A stretch of DNA of 44,963 nucleotides, taken from contig CAYRKS010000001.1 of the NCBI GenBank assembly GCA_964424855.1, positions 1 through 44,963 on the forward strand, read 5' to 3'. Below are positions 17,398 through 25,401 of this stretch, piece after piece. Origin of the DNA: an uncultured Lachnospiraceae bacterium. Lineage in GTDB: Bacteria; Bacillota; Clostridia; Oscillospirales; CAG-272. The notes beneath the pieces are model-generated. The model saw only the letters and a program-made list of their open reading frames with translations. It was not told where the DNA came from and made no database searches. The first letter of the stretch is position 1; every line of letters starts with the position of its first letter. Made by a program: the position numbers and the translations under genes.

Positions 17398-19707
17398 GTG
17401 ATACAATTGGTTGCACTTGACAATTATCCCTCGGGGCTTCTTGCACTGCTCGAGCGCAAGGGAGTTTCGCAGGAAAAGCTGATGCTTCTCGCGAAATGCG
17501 ACATGAATAAGGAGGGCGCGCACTGCGACTGCTTTCTTGTCGCGACGAGAGAGGAGCTGATCATAGTATCGGGAATAATGACCCTGCAAAAAAGGAAGGA
17601 TGTACACAAGCTGGCGGGTGCGGCGGTCTCGCGTCTCGAGGCTGAGTTCACCGAGCTTTCGTATGAATGTCATATGCTCGGAGAGCTTGATGATTTCACG
17701 GTCGAGGAGCTGCTTTCATCTGGCAGGCTGACCGCTAAGAGTAGCGGCTCGGACGGTCGTATACTGCTTGCGGTGTTTACGAACACCTCGAAGTCGCAGA
17801 TGAATATGTTCTGCAAGTACATAAAGCGGGTCAAGGAGGGCAAGGAGATAACGCTCGACGAGGAGGATTCGAAGGAATCGCTCTTTTGTCCGAAATGCGG
17901 CGCACGCTATCCGAATCCCGACCGCAAGATCTGTCCGCGCTGCATGGACAAGGGAAAGCTGATAAAGCGAATGTCGGTTTTCTTTATAAAATACAAGGGA
18001 AAGCTCGCGCTGATACTTTTGATGCTGGTGCTAATGAGTATTCTCGGTGTTATTTCGCCCTACATCGGCTCGGCGTTTTACTACGATGAGGTGCTTGACG
18101 AGGGCGGCGAGTTTTACGGGCAGATACTTTTGGTTTTGTCGATGGTGATCGGTATGCGTATCGTATCGGTCATTTTGAATGTTTTCAACGGCAGGATAAC
18201 CTCGAGGATCGCGGCACTGATATCATATGATTTGAAGCAGACGATATTCAACTCCATACAAAAGCTTTCGATAAGCTTTTTCACTGGGCGGCAGACCGGC
18301 GGACTGATGAATCAGGTAAACAACGACGCGAACACGATATACTGGTTCTTCTGCGACGGCTTCCCGTGGTTTTTGATAAATGTGGTTCAGATAATCGCTC
18401 TGGTGATCATAATGTTCGTTTTGAATCCGCTGCTTGCGGTGCTTTCGCTGATCACGCTTCCGCTGTTTGTCGTGCTGGTAAAATTCATTTTCACCAAGGA
18501 TGACAAGCTGCACGCAAAGCGTTATTCGAGCTCACGCGCGATGAACGGTGCGCTCTCGGATGTTCTCGGCGGCATACGTGTCGTAAAGGCGTTTTCGAAG
18601 GAGAAGAACGAGGTGGTGCGCTTCAACCGCTATTCGAGCCGACTGGCGCAGAATGAGAAGAATCTCTCGGACTTCCAGAACCTTGCGTATCCGGCGGCGG
18701 ATTTTCTGCTCTATCTCGGAAACATATTCGCGCTCGGCTTCGGCGGCTGGATGGTCATAAAGGGAGACCTGACCTACGGACTTCTGATGACCTTCATAAG
18801 CTACATGAACATGGTCTACAGTCCGATGTATTTCTTCGTTGACATGACCTACTGGGTCACCGACTGTCTCAACGCCTGCGAGAGGCTGTTCGAGGTCATG
18901 GATGCGGTACCCGATGTTGTCGATCCGGAGTCTCCGACACCTATTGAGGAGCTTCAGGGTCGAGTCACCTTCAAGGATGTCGAATTTTCGTATGTCAAGA
19001 ACCGCAAGGTTATAGACGGCGTAAGCTTTGACATAGAGCCGGGCAAGGTCATCGGAATAGTCGGACACACGGGAGCCGGAAAATCCACCCTGGCGAACCT
19101 ATTGATCCGTCTTTACGATGTTACGGCGGGCGAGATACTGATAGACGGAGTGAATGTAAAGAACATATCCTTTGCCGATCTTCGAAAGAACATTGCGATA
19201 GTTTCGCAGGAGACCTATCTCTTTGTCGGAACGATACTCGAAAATATCCGCTATGCGCGTCCCGAGGCGACGCTCGACGAGGTCATCGAGGCGGCGAAGA
19301 TCGCCGGTGCGCACGACTTTATAATGAAGCTGCCGGACGCATACGCGACACGCATCGGCTTTGGTTGCAAGGAGCTTTCGGGCGGAGAGCGTCAGAGGGT
19401 ATCGATCGCGAGAGCGGTGCTTAGAAATCCGAAAATACTCATTCTCGACGAGGCGACCGCGGCGATGGACACCGAGACCGAGCGTCAGATACAGACGGCT
19501 CTCGAGCGTCTGGTAAAGGGGCGCACGACTATAATGATAGCACACCGTCTCTCGACGCTTCGCGACGCGGACAAGCTCATAGTCATCGAAAACGGCAAGA
19601 TGCCCGAATTCGGAACGCATCTTGAGCTGATAGAAAAGAAGGGCATTTATTACAAGCTTTATCGTATGCAGGTCGAGGCACTGAGAAACATCGGTATCGA
19701 GTCGTAA
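17398..19707 (+). CDS. ABC exporter half-transporter (TMD+NBD) with a ~190-aa N-terminal cytosolic extension ending in a zinc ribbon
   Basis: Walker A GHTGAGKST, Q-loop VSQETYLF, signature LSGGERQR, Walker B ILILDEATAAMD, H-loop IAHRLST, and six TM helices. The N-extension carries CPKC-x10-CPRC. The start is either GTG 17398 or TTG 17407, after AAGAGGTG. Confidence 0.9.
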   Translation: MIQLVALDNYPSGLLALLERKGVSQEKLMLLAKCDMNKEGAHCDCFLVATREELIIVSGIMTLQKRKDVHKLAGAAVSRLEAEFTELSYECHMLGELDDFTVEELLSSGRLTAKSSGSDGRILLAVFTNTSKSQMNMFCKYIKRVKEGKEITLDEEDSKESLFCPKCGARYPNPDRKICPRCMDKGKLIKRMSVFFIKYKGKLALILLMLVLMSILGVISPYIGSAFYYDEVLDEGGEFYGQILLVLSMVIGMRIVSVILNVFNGRITSRIAALISYDLKQTIFNSIQKLSISFFTGRQTGGLMNQVNNDANTIYWFFCDGFPWFLINVVQIIALVIIMFVLNPLLAVLSLITLPLFVVLVKFIFTKDDKLHAKRYSSSRAMNGALSDVLGGIRVVKAFSKEKNEVVRFNRYSSRLAQNEKNLSDFQNLAYPAADFLLYLGNIFALGFGGWMVIKGDLTYGLLMTFISYMNMVYSPMYFFVDMTYWVTDCLNACERLFEVMDAVPDVVDPESPTPIEELQGRVTFKDVEFSYVKNRKVIDGVSFDIEPGKVIGIVGHTGAGKSTLANLLIRLYDVTAGEILIDGVNVKNISFADLRKNIAIVSQETYLFVGTILENIRYARPEATLDEVIEAAKIAGAHDFIMKLPDAYATRIGFGCKELSGGERQRVSIARAVLRNPKILILDEATAAMDTETERQIQTALERLVKGRTTIMIAHRLSTLRDADKLIVIENGKMPEFGTHLELIEKKGIYYKLYRMQVEALRNIGIES

Positions 19708-19798
19708 CGATTGACGGCTTTTTCAAAGAGTTAAGATAAACCGGCATAACGGGTCACGGCTTCGAGGAAGGCTTGAGGCTGCGACCCTTACGAAAGGA

Positions 19799-20488
19799 AT
19801 GGTCACAACAATGGCAGAAAAAGAAAACACATCGAAGGTCCCGGCGGAGCTTCGCGGAATAGTTAAGATAACATATCTTAACAAGGATAACTGCACTTTG
19901 ACCGAAAAAAACGGCTTTCTCGGACTTCGTGCGGTAGTGGACAAGACAGACGATCCGCTTTTTTCCGAGAACTCGTCGAAGGATGAGGACAAAAAGAAGG
20001 AAAGCAGCGAGGATGTGGGCAAAAGGACACACTATCCCGAGGAGGACAATCTTCCCGAGGGGAAGGTATTAAGGGTTGCCGAGCGGATATATCTCTCGCG
20101 GGCGTTTCCGTTTGATATGCCGCACGATTACATTTCGGTTCTGGATAAGGACAAGAAGGAGATCGGCTTCATTCGATCGCTGAACGATTTTGACGAGCCG
20201 CAGAGGTCCATGCTCCTTGCCGAGCTGGATGCGAAGTATTACACGCCGACGATAAAGAAGATATATTCGGTAAAGGAGCGTTACGGCTTTTCATACTGGA
20301 AGACCGAATGCGAATTCGGTGAAAAGAGCTTTACGCTTCAGGACACCTACAGGAGCATAATCAAGACGACGAATGCCGACGGCGGCGAACGTCTCTTCAT
20401 CCTCGATGTTGACGGAAATCGCTATGAGATACCCGATGTCGAAAAGCTCGATCGCAAGAGCTTTAAGAAGATAGAGCTGTATCTCTGA
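19799..20488 (+). CDS. DUF1854-like protein with a low-complexity acidic N-terminal extension
   Basis: 229-aa ORF. The C-terminal ~130 aa (RAFPFD..YISVLDKDKKEIGFIRSLNDF..LLAELDAKYYTPTIKKIYSVKERYGFSYW..LDVDGNRYEIPDVEKLDRKS) fit my recollection of the DUF1854 pattern. The family assignment is from memory, not from a search. The alternative start is ATG 19811. Confidence 0.65.
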   Translation: MVTTMAEKENTSKVPAELRGIVKITYLNKDNCTLTEKNGFLGLRAVVDKTDDPLFSENSSKDEDKKKESSEDVGKRTHYPEEDNLPEGKVLRVAERIYLSRAFPFDMPHDYISVLDKDKKEIGFIRSLNDFDEPQRSMLLAELDAKYYTPTIKKIYSVKERYGFSYWKTECEFGEKSFTLQDTYRSIIKTTNADGGERLFILDVDGNRYEIPDVEKLDRKSFKKIELYL

Positions 20489-20565
20489 GCCGCTCGAGAG
20501 CCCTTGCACGGACTGCCGATACAGCTCCGAGCGAGGCTTTACGAGCCGAAAGGAAGTGAATTTCA

Positions 20566-22890
20566 GTGGAAGCAGCAAGCAATCAGACCGAGCTCGCCGA
20601 GCGGGAGCTGGTCGAAAGGCTTAACAAAAACAAGGAAAAAATGTGGGAGCGGCTGCACGCTGTCGATCCCGATATTAAGCGTGACGGTGTAGTCGTAATA
20701 TTCGATTTCAATCTCTCAGATCGTGTGACTGATGAGAATCGGCTCGATCAGCGAACAGATGGTCTTTGTGCTTTGACAAAGGAGTCGTTGCTCGTTTATG
20801 AAAACGGAAAGCGAACGAAGGAGATAAGGCTCGAGGATGCGGAGGATTTCAAGATAACTCCGGGAGTCGGAAGTGTCACGGCGGACTGCACGGTCGGCGG
20901 CTCGGATATGCTGATCTGTCGCTCCGATGCCTCAAAGACGAAGGAATACGCCGCGATAATGAAGCGGATAATCCGCTTCAAAAAGACGGGGGAGTTCAGC
21001 TTTGACTATATAGACGACATAACGCGCTTTTGCGACAAATGTCATCGTCCGCTGCCGCCCGGCTCATCGATCTGTCCGCACTGTGTGGACAAAAAGGGTG
21101 TAATGAAGCGGCTATGGGACATTGCGAAGCCCTACAAATGGTATCTTGCGATATCGGTCGTGCTTTTCTTTGCGATAACGGCGGTCAATCTTTTGACACC
21201 TATGCTCAATCGGGTACTGGTCGATGATTACATAAAATCGGAGAATCCCGAGAGCATAGCTCTTATCGGCTTTGCATCGGTCGTCGTATCGATAGCGGCG
21301 GTACACATAATAGCACAGCTCCTCGGAATAGTCAGAAGCCGTGTGCTTGTAATGACCTCGAACAAGGTAATAGTAAAGCTGCGCGAGATGGTATTTTCGA
21401 AGATACAGCTGATGTCGATATCGCGTATCTCGAAGCGCACCGCAGGTGAGCTTATGAATCGTGTGAACAACGACACCTCACAGATCCAGAATTTCATAAC
21501 CGGACTCATGCCCGATCTTGTCCAGCAGTCTCTGATACTCATTTCGGTATCGGTAATGCTGTTTGTATACGACTGGCGGCTCGCGCTTTTGATACTGTTT
21601 CCCGCGCCCTTTGTGGCTATGTCGTTCAGATTTTTCTGGGATCACATACATCCGATATACGGGCGGCAGTGGAACATTTATTCGAAGGCGGACACGATAC
21701 TTCACGATATTTTCTCTGGAATACGTGTCGTAAAGGCGTTCGGAATGGAGAAGCGCGAGTCGAAGCGATTTGACGATGCTTCGATAGAGCTCAGAGATAT
21801 AAGCATAAAGGCGGAAATGATCTGGGCAACGATCTGGCCGTGGCTGAACTTTTTCATGGGGATCGGAGAATTTTTCCTCATGTATTATGTCGGAAACAAG
21901 ATAGTCGGCGGAAGCATGAGTCTCGGAGAGATGGCGCAGTTCTCGGCGTATGTCAGCATGATCTACGGACCCTTGCGTATGCTTGCGAATCTGCCCAGAC
22001 GACTTGTTCAGTTCTCGACCTCTACCGCGAAGGTGTTTGAGATAATCGATGAAAAGATCGATGTTCCCGACCGCGAGGATGCGAAGGATATCGAGATAAA
22101 GGGTACGATCGACTTTGAAAACGTATCGTTCGGCTACGATGAGGCGAGCGATGTGCTGAAGGGTGTGGATCTGCATATTGAACCGGGCGAGATGATCGGA
22201 ATCGTCGGAAAGTCGGGAGTCGGAAAATCGACGCTGATAAATCTTCTGATGCGTATGTATGACATCGGAGAGGGCTCGATAAAGGTTGACGGAGTTGATT
22301 TGCGCGACATTTCTCAGGATTGTCTGCGTTCGCAGATAGGCGTTGTTTTGCAGGAGACCTTCCTTTTTGCGGGGACGATCTACGACAACATCGCCTATGC
22401 AAAGCCGACCGCGAGCCGCGACGAGATAATAACTGCCGCAAAGATCGCCGGTGCGCACGAATTCATAATGAAGCTGCCCGACGCTTACAACACAAAGGTA
22501 GGCGAAAAGGGTCACACGCTTTCGGGCGGTGAGAGGCAGCGTGTATCGATCGCGCGTGCGCTTTTACACAATCCGCGCATACTCATTCTCGACGAGGCGA
22601 CCGCCTCGCTCGACACCGAGACCGAGCGTCAGATCCAGGAGTCGCTTCAGAAGCTGACAAAGGACAGAACAACGCTTGCAATAGCGCATCGTCTTTCGAC
22701 GCTGAGAAACGCTACAAGGCTGATAGTTCTCGACAAGGGAAAGATTGCCGAGGTCGGAACGCACGATGAGCTTATCAAGAAGAAGGGGATTTATTACGGT
22801 CTTGTAATGGCTCAGCGGCAGATGTCGCGAATGGCTCCGAAGAATGCGGAGGGCTCGAAGGTGACTGCTTCGGAGGAACAAGTCGGATAA
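20566..22890 (+). CDS. ABC exporter half-transporter (TMD+NBD), paralogue of 17398..19707, with a homologous N-terminal zinc-ribbon extension
   Basis: Walker A GKSGVGKST, Q-loop LQETFLF, LSGGERQR, ILILDEATASLD and IAHRLST. The N-extension carries CDKC-x9-CPHC. The GTG start lies 8 nt after AAAGGAAG. Confidence 0.9.
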   Translation: MEAASNQTELAERELVERLNKNKEKMWERLHAVDPDIKRDGVVVIFDFNLSDRVTDENRLDQRTDGLCALTKESLLVYENGKRTKEIRLEDAEDFKITPGVGSVTADCTVGGSDMLICRSDASKTKEYAAIMKRIIRFKKTGEFSFDYIDDITRFCDKCHRPLPPGSSICPHCVDKKGVMKRLWDIAKPYKWYLAISVVLFFAITAVNLLTPMLNRVLVDDYIKSENPESIALIGFASVVVSIAAVHIIAQLLGIVRSRVLVMTSNKVIVKLREMVFSKIQLMSISRISKRTAGELMNRVNNDTSQIQNFITGLMPDLVQQSLILISVSVMLFVYDWRLALLILFPAPFVAMSFRFFWDHIHPIYGRQWNIYSKADTILHDIFSGIRVVKAFGMEKRESKRFDDASIELRDISIKAEMIWATIWPWLNFFMGIGEFFLMYYVGNKIVGGSMSLGEMAQFSAYVSMIYGPLRMLANLPRRLVQFSTSTAKVFEIIDEKIDVPDREDAKDIEIKGTIDFENVSFGYDEASDVLKGVDLHIEPGEMIGIVGKSGVGKSTLINLLMRMYDIGEGSIKVDGVDLRDISQDCLRSQIGVVLQETFLFAGTIYDNIAYAKPTASRDEIITAAKIAGAHEFIMKLPDAYNTKVGEKGHTLSGGERQRVSIARALLHNPRILILDEATASLDTETERQIQESLQKLTKDRTTLAIAHRLSTLRNATRLIVLDKGKIAEVGTHDELIKKKGIYYGLVMAQRQMSRMAPKNAEGSKVTASEEQVG

Positions 22891-22929
22891 AAGCTCGGCA
22901 AAATCAAAGGACCTGCTCGCCGATCCGGC

Positions 22930-22952
22930 GGCTCTCGGGTTATCCGAGAGCC
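22930..22952. terminator. Hairpin between convergent ABC and M50 genes (weak terminator candidate)
   Basis: 9-bp stem ggctctcgg / ccgagagcc with a 5-nt loop and no adjacent U-tract. An outer imperfect pairing (aaggacctg...caggtcttt) is followed by tttattattt. Confidence 0.4.
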
Positions 22953-22974
22953 GTGGAGGGCGTACAGGTCTTTA

Positions 22975-23520
22975 TTATTTATCTCTGCCCTTACAGAAGA
23001 CGATGACGAGCAGATATGAGGAGAATAGCCAGAGCGAAACGCTTCCGGTGAAGAGCAGTACGAGCATTGCGAAAAGCCAGAGAATAAGGAGTGCGCCGCC
23101 CGAAAGAAGGTCGAGCAGGCGTTTATGCCTTGCACCGAGGAGCTCAAGCAGTACACAGCCGCCGTCGAGCGGATATATCGGGAGGAGATTTGCTATCGCG
23201 AGTGCATGGGAGCAGATTGCGAATTCCGAAAATCCGAGAAGAACTGCGGCAAAGCCCGAGACGAGGTTTGAAAAGGGACCGAAAAAGAATACCGCGGCAC
23301 GCTGTTTTTTCGAAAGCGGCTCGAGGGCGGCGGATATCTCCGCGCCGAACGGGGTGAGGGTTACATTGGAAAGCTCGGCTCGAAGGAGAGCTATTACGGA
23401 GATATGTCCCAGCTCATGGATAAATGCGGCAAACAGCGGGACTGCGAGCTTGGGCTTTATGCAGACGGCGGCGATGAGTATAAGAGCCGCTGTGAGATTT
23501 TTTTGCTTATGAGAGAGCAA
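22975..23520 (-). CDS. Minimal site-2-protease / peptidase M50 family membrane metalloprotease (SpoIVFB-like core, no CBS or PDZ domain)
   Basis: 181 aa. It has HELGH in a TM helix, the second M50 motif NLLPIYPLDGG, and 4-5 TM helices. Confidence 0.8.
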   Translation of the reverse strand: MLSHKQKNLTAALILIAAVCIKPKLAVPLFAAFIHELGHISVIALLRAELSNVTLTPFGAEISAALEPLSKKQRAAVFFFGPFSNLVSGFAAVLLGFSEFAICSHALAIANLLPIYPLDGGCVLLELLGARHKRLLDLLSGGALLILWLFAMLVLLFTGSVSLWLFSSYLLVIVFCKGRDK

Positions 23521-23524
23521 GCGG

Positions 23525-23779
23525 TCAGCTCGGAGCCACTATCGGCGGGAGCAGCTCATATTCGTGAAGCTCGATCGGCTCGGCATCGGCTTCGAGTGCA
23601 TCGGCTTCGGCTGATCCTATGACTGCGGCGGCAGCTTGACTCAGCGGTGTTTTAGCTGACGCGGCGAGCGTGGCTTCGAGCTCATCCGAATGAAGGGTCA
23701 CGAGATTATAGCAAAGCACCGCGCAGGACAGTGATAAAAGTCCGGCGGCAAGAAGGAGAGTATCAAGACCTCGTTTCAA
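23525..23779 (-). CDS. Small single-pass membrane protein (hypothetical), co-transcribed with the M50 protease
   Basis: 84-aa ORF with a TTG start 7 nt after GAGGTG. The N-terminus is basic (MKRGLD), followed by one TM helix and an A/E/D-rich C-terminal tail. Its stop lies 4 nt before the M50 start. Confidence 0.55.
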   Translation of the reverse strand: MKRGLDTLLLAAGLLSLSCAVLCYNLVTLHSDELEATLAASAKTPLSQAAAAVIGSAEADALEADAEPIELHEYELLPPIVAPS

Positions 23780-23903
23780 AGCGTTTTCACCTCGTTTCGG
23801 TTAAATATTTTCATGCTTCGGTTCTTTTGGTATCAAGAAAGGAACAAATACCGGATCGGACGGAACAAATATATTCGGCAGAGCTTAAAAGTATGAATAG
23901 TAC

Positions 23904-23932
23904 TTGACAAACCGATTATAAAGTGTTATAAT
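23904..23932 (+). promoter_or_regulatory. Sigma-A type promoter of the MATE gene (extended -10)
   Basis: TTGACA - 17 nt - TATAAT preceded by TGt. Confidence 0.65.
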
Positions 23933-23964
23933 TTTTATGATAATTTTACTTTAGGAGTTTTTCA

Positions 23965-25344
23965 ATGGAAAAGATCAAAAAGGAAGCGTTTTTTGTGAGA
24001 GACAAGAGCTTTTACCGAGTGGTATTATCTCTTGCGATCCCGATGACGCTTCAAAATGTGATGCAGCTGCTTTTGAACATGATGGACACGGTCATGCTCG
24101 GTCGGCTTCAGGACAGCTCGGAGGCACTGATATCGGCGGCGAATTTTGCGAATCAGCCGTATTTTGTCTACTCGCTCTTCCTCTTCGGAATGGTATCGGG
24201 TATGTCGGTGCTTATTGCACAATACTGGGGAAAATCCGACACCGATGCAATAAATTCCATCGCGGGAATAGCCATGGTATCGGCGATATTTGTCGGCGGA
24301 CTTTTTACGCTGGTATGCTATTTGTTCACGCCGCAGGTGATGGGGCTGTTTACCGAGAGTGAGGAGGTCATAGAGCTTGGAGTCAAATATCTTCGGATAG
24401 TTTTGGCATCGTATGTCATAGCCTCGCTGACGAGCCTGCTCTGCGGTATAATGCGCTCGACCGAGCAGGTCGGCATCGCGCTCGGCTCAAACACGGTCGG
24501 AATAATCGTGAACATAGTACTCAACTACGGACTGATCTTCGGAAAGCTCGGACTTCCGCGCATGGAGATTGAGGGCGCGGCTCTCGCGACGCTTATTGCG
24601 AAGATAGTCGAGTTTATAATCGTGCTTATATATGTCATCTTTATCGACAAGCGCGTAAAGCTTTCCTTCAAGCGTATGTTCAGGATAAAGCGCGAGATGA
24701 TCGGTGACTTTGTGCGCTACAGCTTACCGGTAATATTCAACGAGACGATGTGGGGACTCGGAATAACCCTGCACTCGGTGATAATCGGACACATAAGCGA
24801 TGCCTCCTATGCGGCGTACACGGTCGCGAACATAATCGAGAAGATCGGACTTCTCTCGGCGATCGGCTTTGCGAATGCGACGCAGATAATAATCGGCAAG
24901 GAGATCGGCGCGGGACGGAAGGAGAATGCCTATCCGTATGCGCGAACCATGCTCGCGCTCTCGGCTCTGCTCGGAATTATAATGTCGGGAGTTGTACTGC
25001 TTATCCGTGTTCCGGCGGTATCGATGTTTGATGTTGCCGATGCGACGAAGGAGGCGGCGATAAATATAATCTCGGTAATGTCGGTCATAATCTTCATAAA
25101 GAGCTTCAACACGACGGCTATCGTCGGAACGATACGCGGCGGCGGAGACACGCGCACGGCGATGATCTTCGATTTTGTACCGATGTGGGTGATATCTATC
25201 CCGCTCGGAGCGGTCGCGGCACACTTTTTCAAGCTTCCGGTCTGGTGGGTATATGCCTGCCTCATGTGTGACGAGGTGCTTAAGTCGCCCTTCTGTCTGC
25301 TCTATATAAGATCTAAGTGTTGGATAAGAGATGTAACGAGATAA
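23965..25344 (+). CDS. MATE-family efflux transporter
   Basis: 459 aa with 12 predicted TM helices. The N-terminal region LSLAIPMTLQNVMQLLLNMMDTVMLGRL is typical of MATE/NorM-DinF proteins. Confidence 0.9.
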   Translation: MEKIKKEAFFVRDKSFYRVVLSLAIPMTLQNVMQLLLNMMDTVMLGRLQDSSEALISAANFANQPYFVYSLFLFGMVSGMSVLIAQYWGKSDTDAINSIAGIAMVSAIFVGGLFTLVCYLFTPQVMGLFTESEEVIELGVKYLRIVLASYVIASLTSLLCGIMRSTEQVGIALGSNTVGIIVNIVLNYGLIFGKLGLPRMEIEGAALATLIAKIVEFIIVLIYVIFIDKRVKLSFKRMFRIKREMIGDFVRYSLPVIFNETMWGLGITLHSVIIGHISDASYAAYTVANIIEKIGLLSAIGFANATQIIIGKEIGAGRKENAYPYARTMLALSALLGIIMSGVVLLIRVPAVSMFDVADATKEAAINIISVMSVIIFIKSFNTTAIVGTIRGGGDTRTAMIFDFVPMWVISIPLGAVAAHFFKLPVWWVYACLMCDEVLKSPFCLLYIRSKCWIRDVTR

Positions 25345-25401
25345 AGCTTCGGATCAAATAGATATCCGAGCTGAAAAAATAACGAAAGGCAGGCTTTTGA
25401 T

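Noticed and set aside
18532-22515. Several 170-345-aa minus-strand ORFs inside the two ABC genes (18532..19068, 19099..19620, 21478..22515)
   Set aside because: They are shadow ORFs opposite strongly supported ABC transporter coding sequence, with no independent signals.
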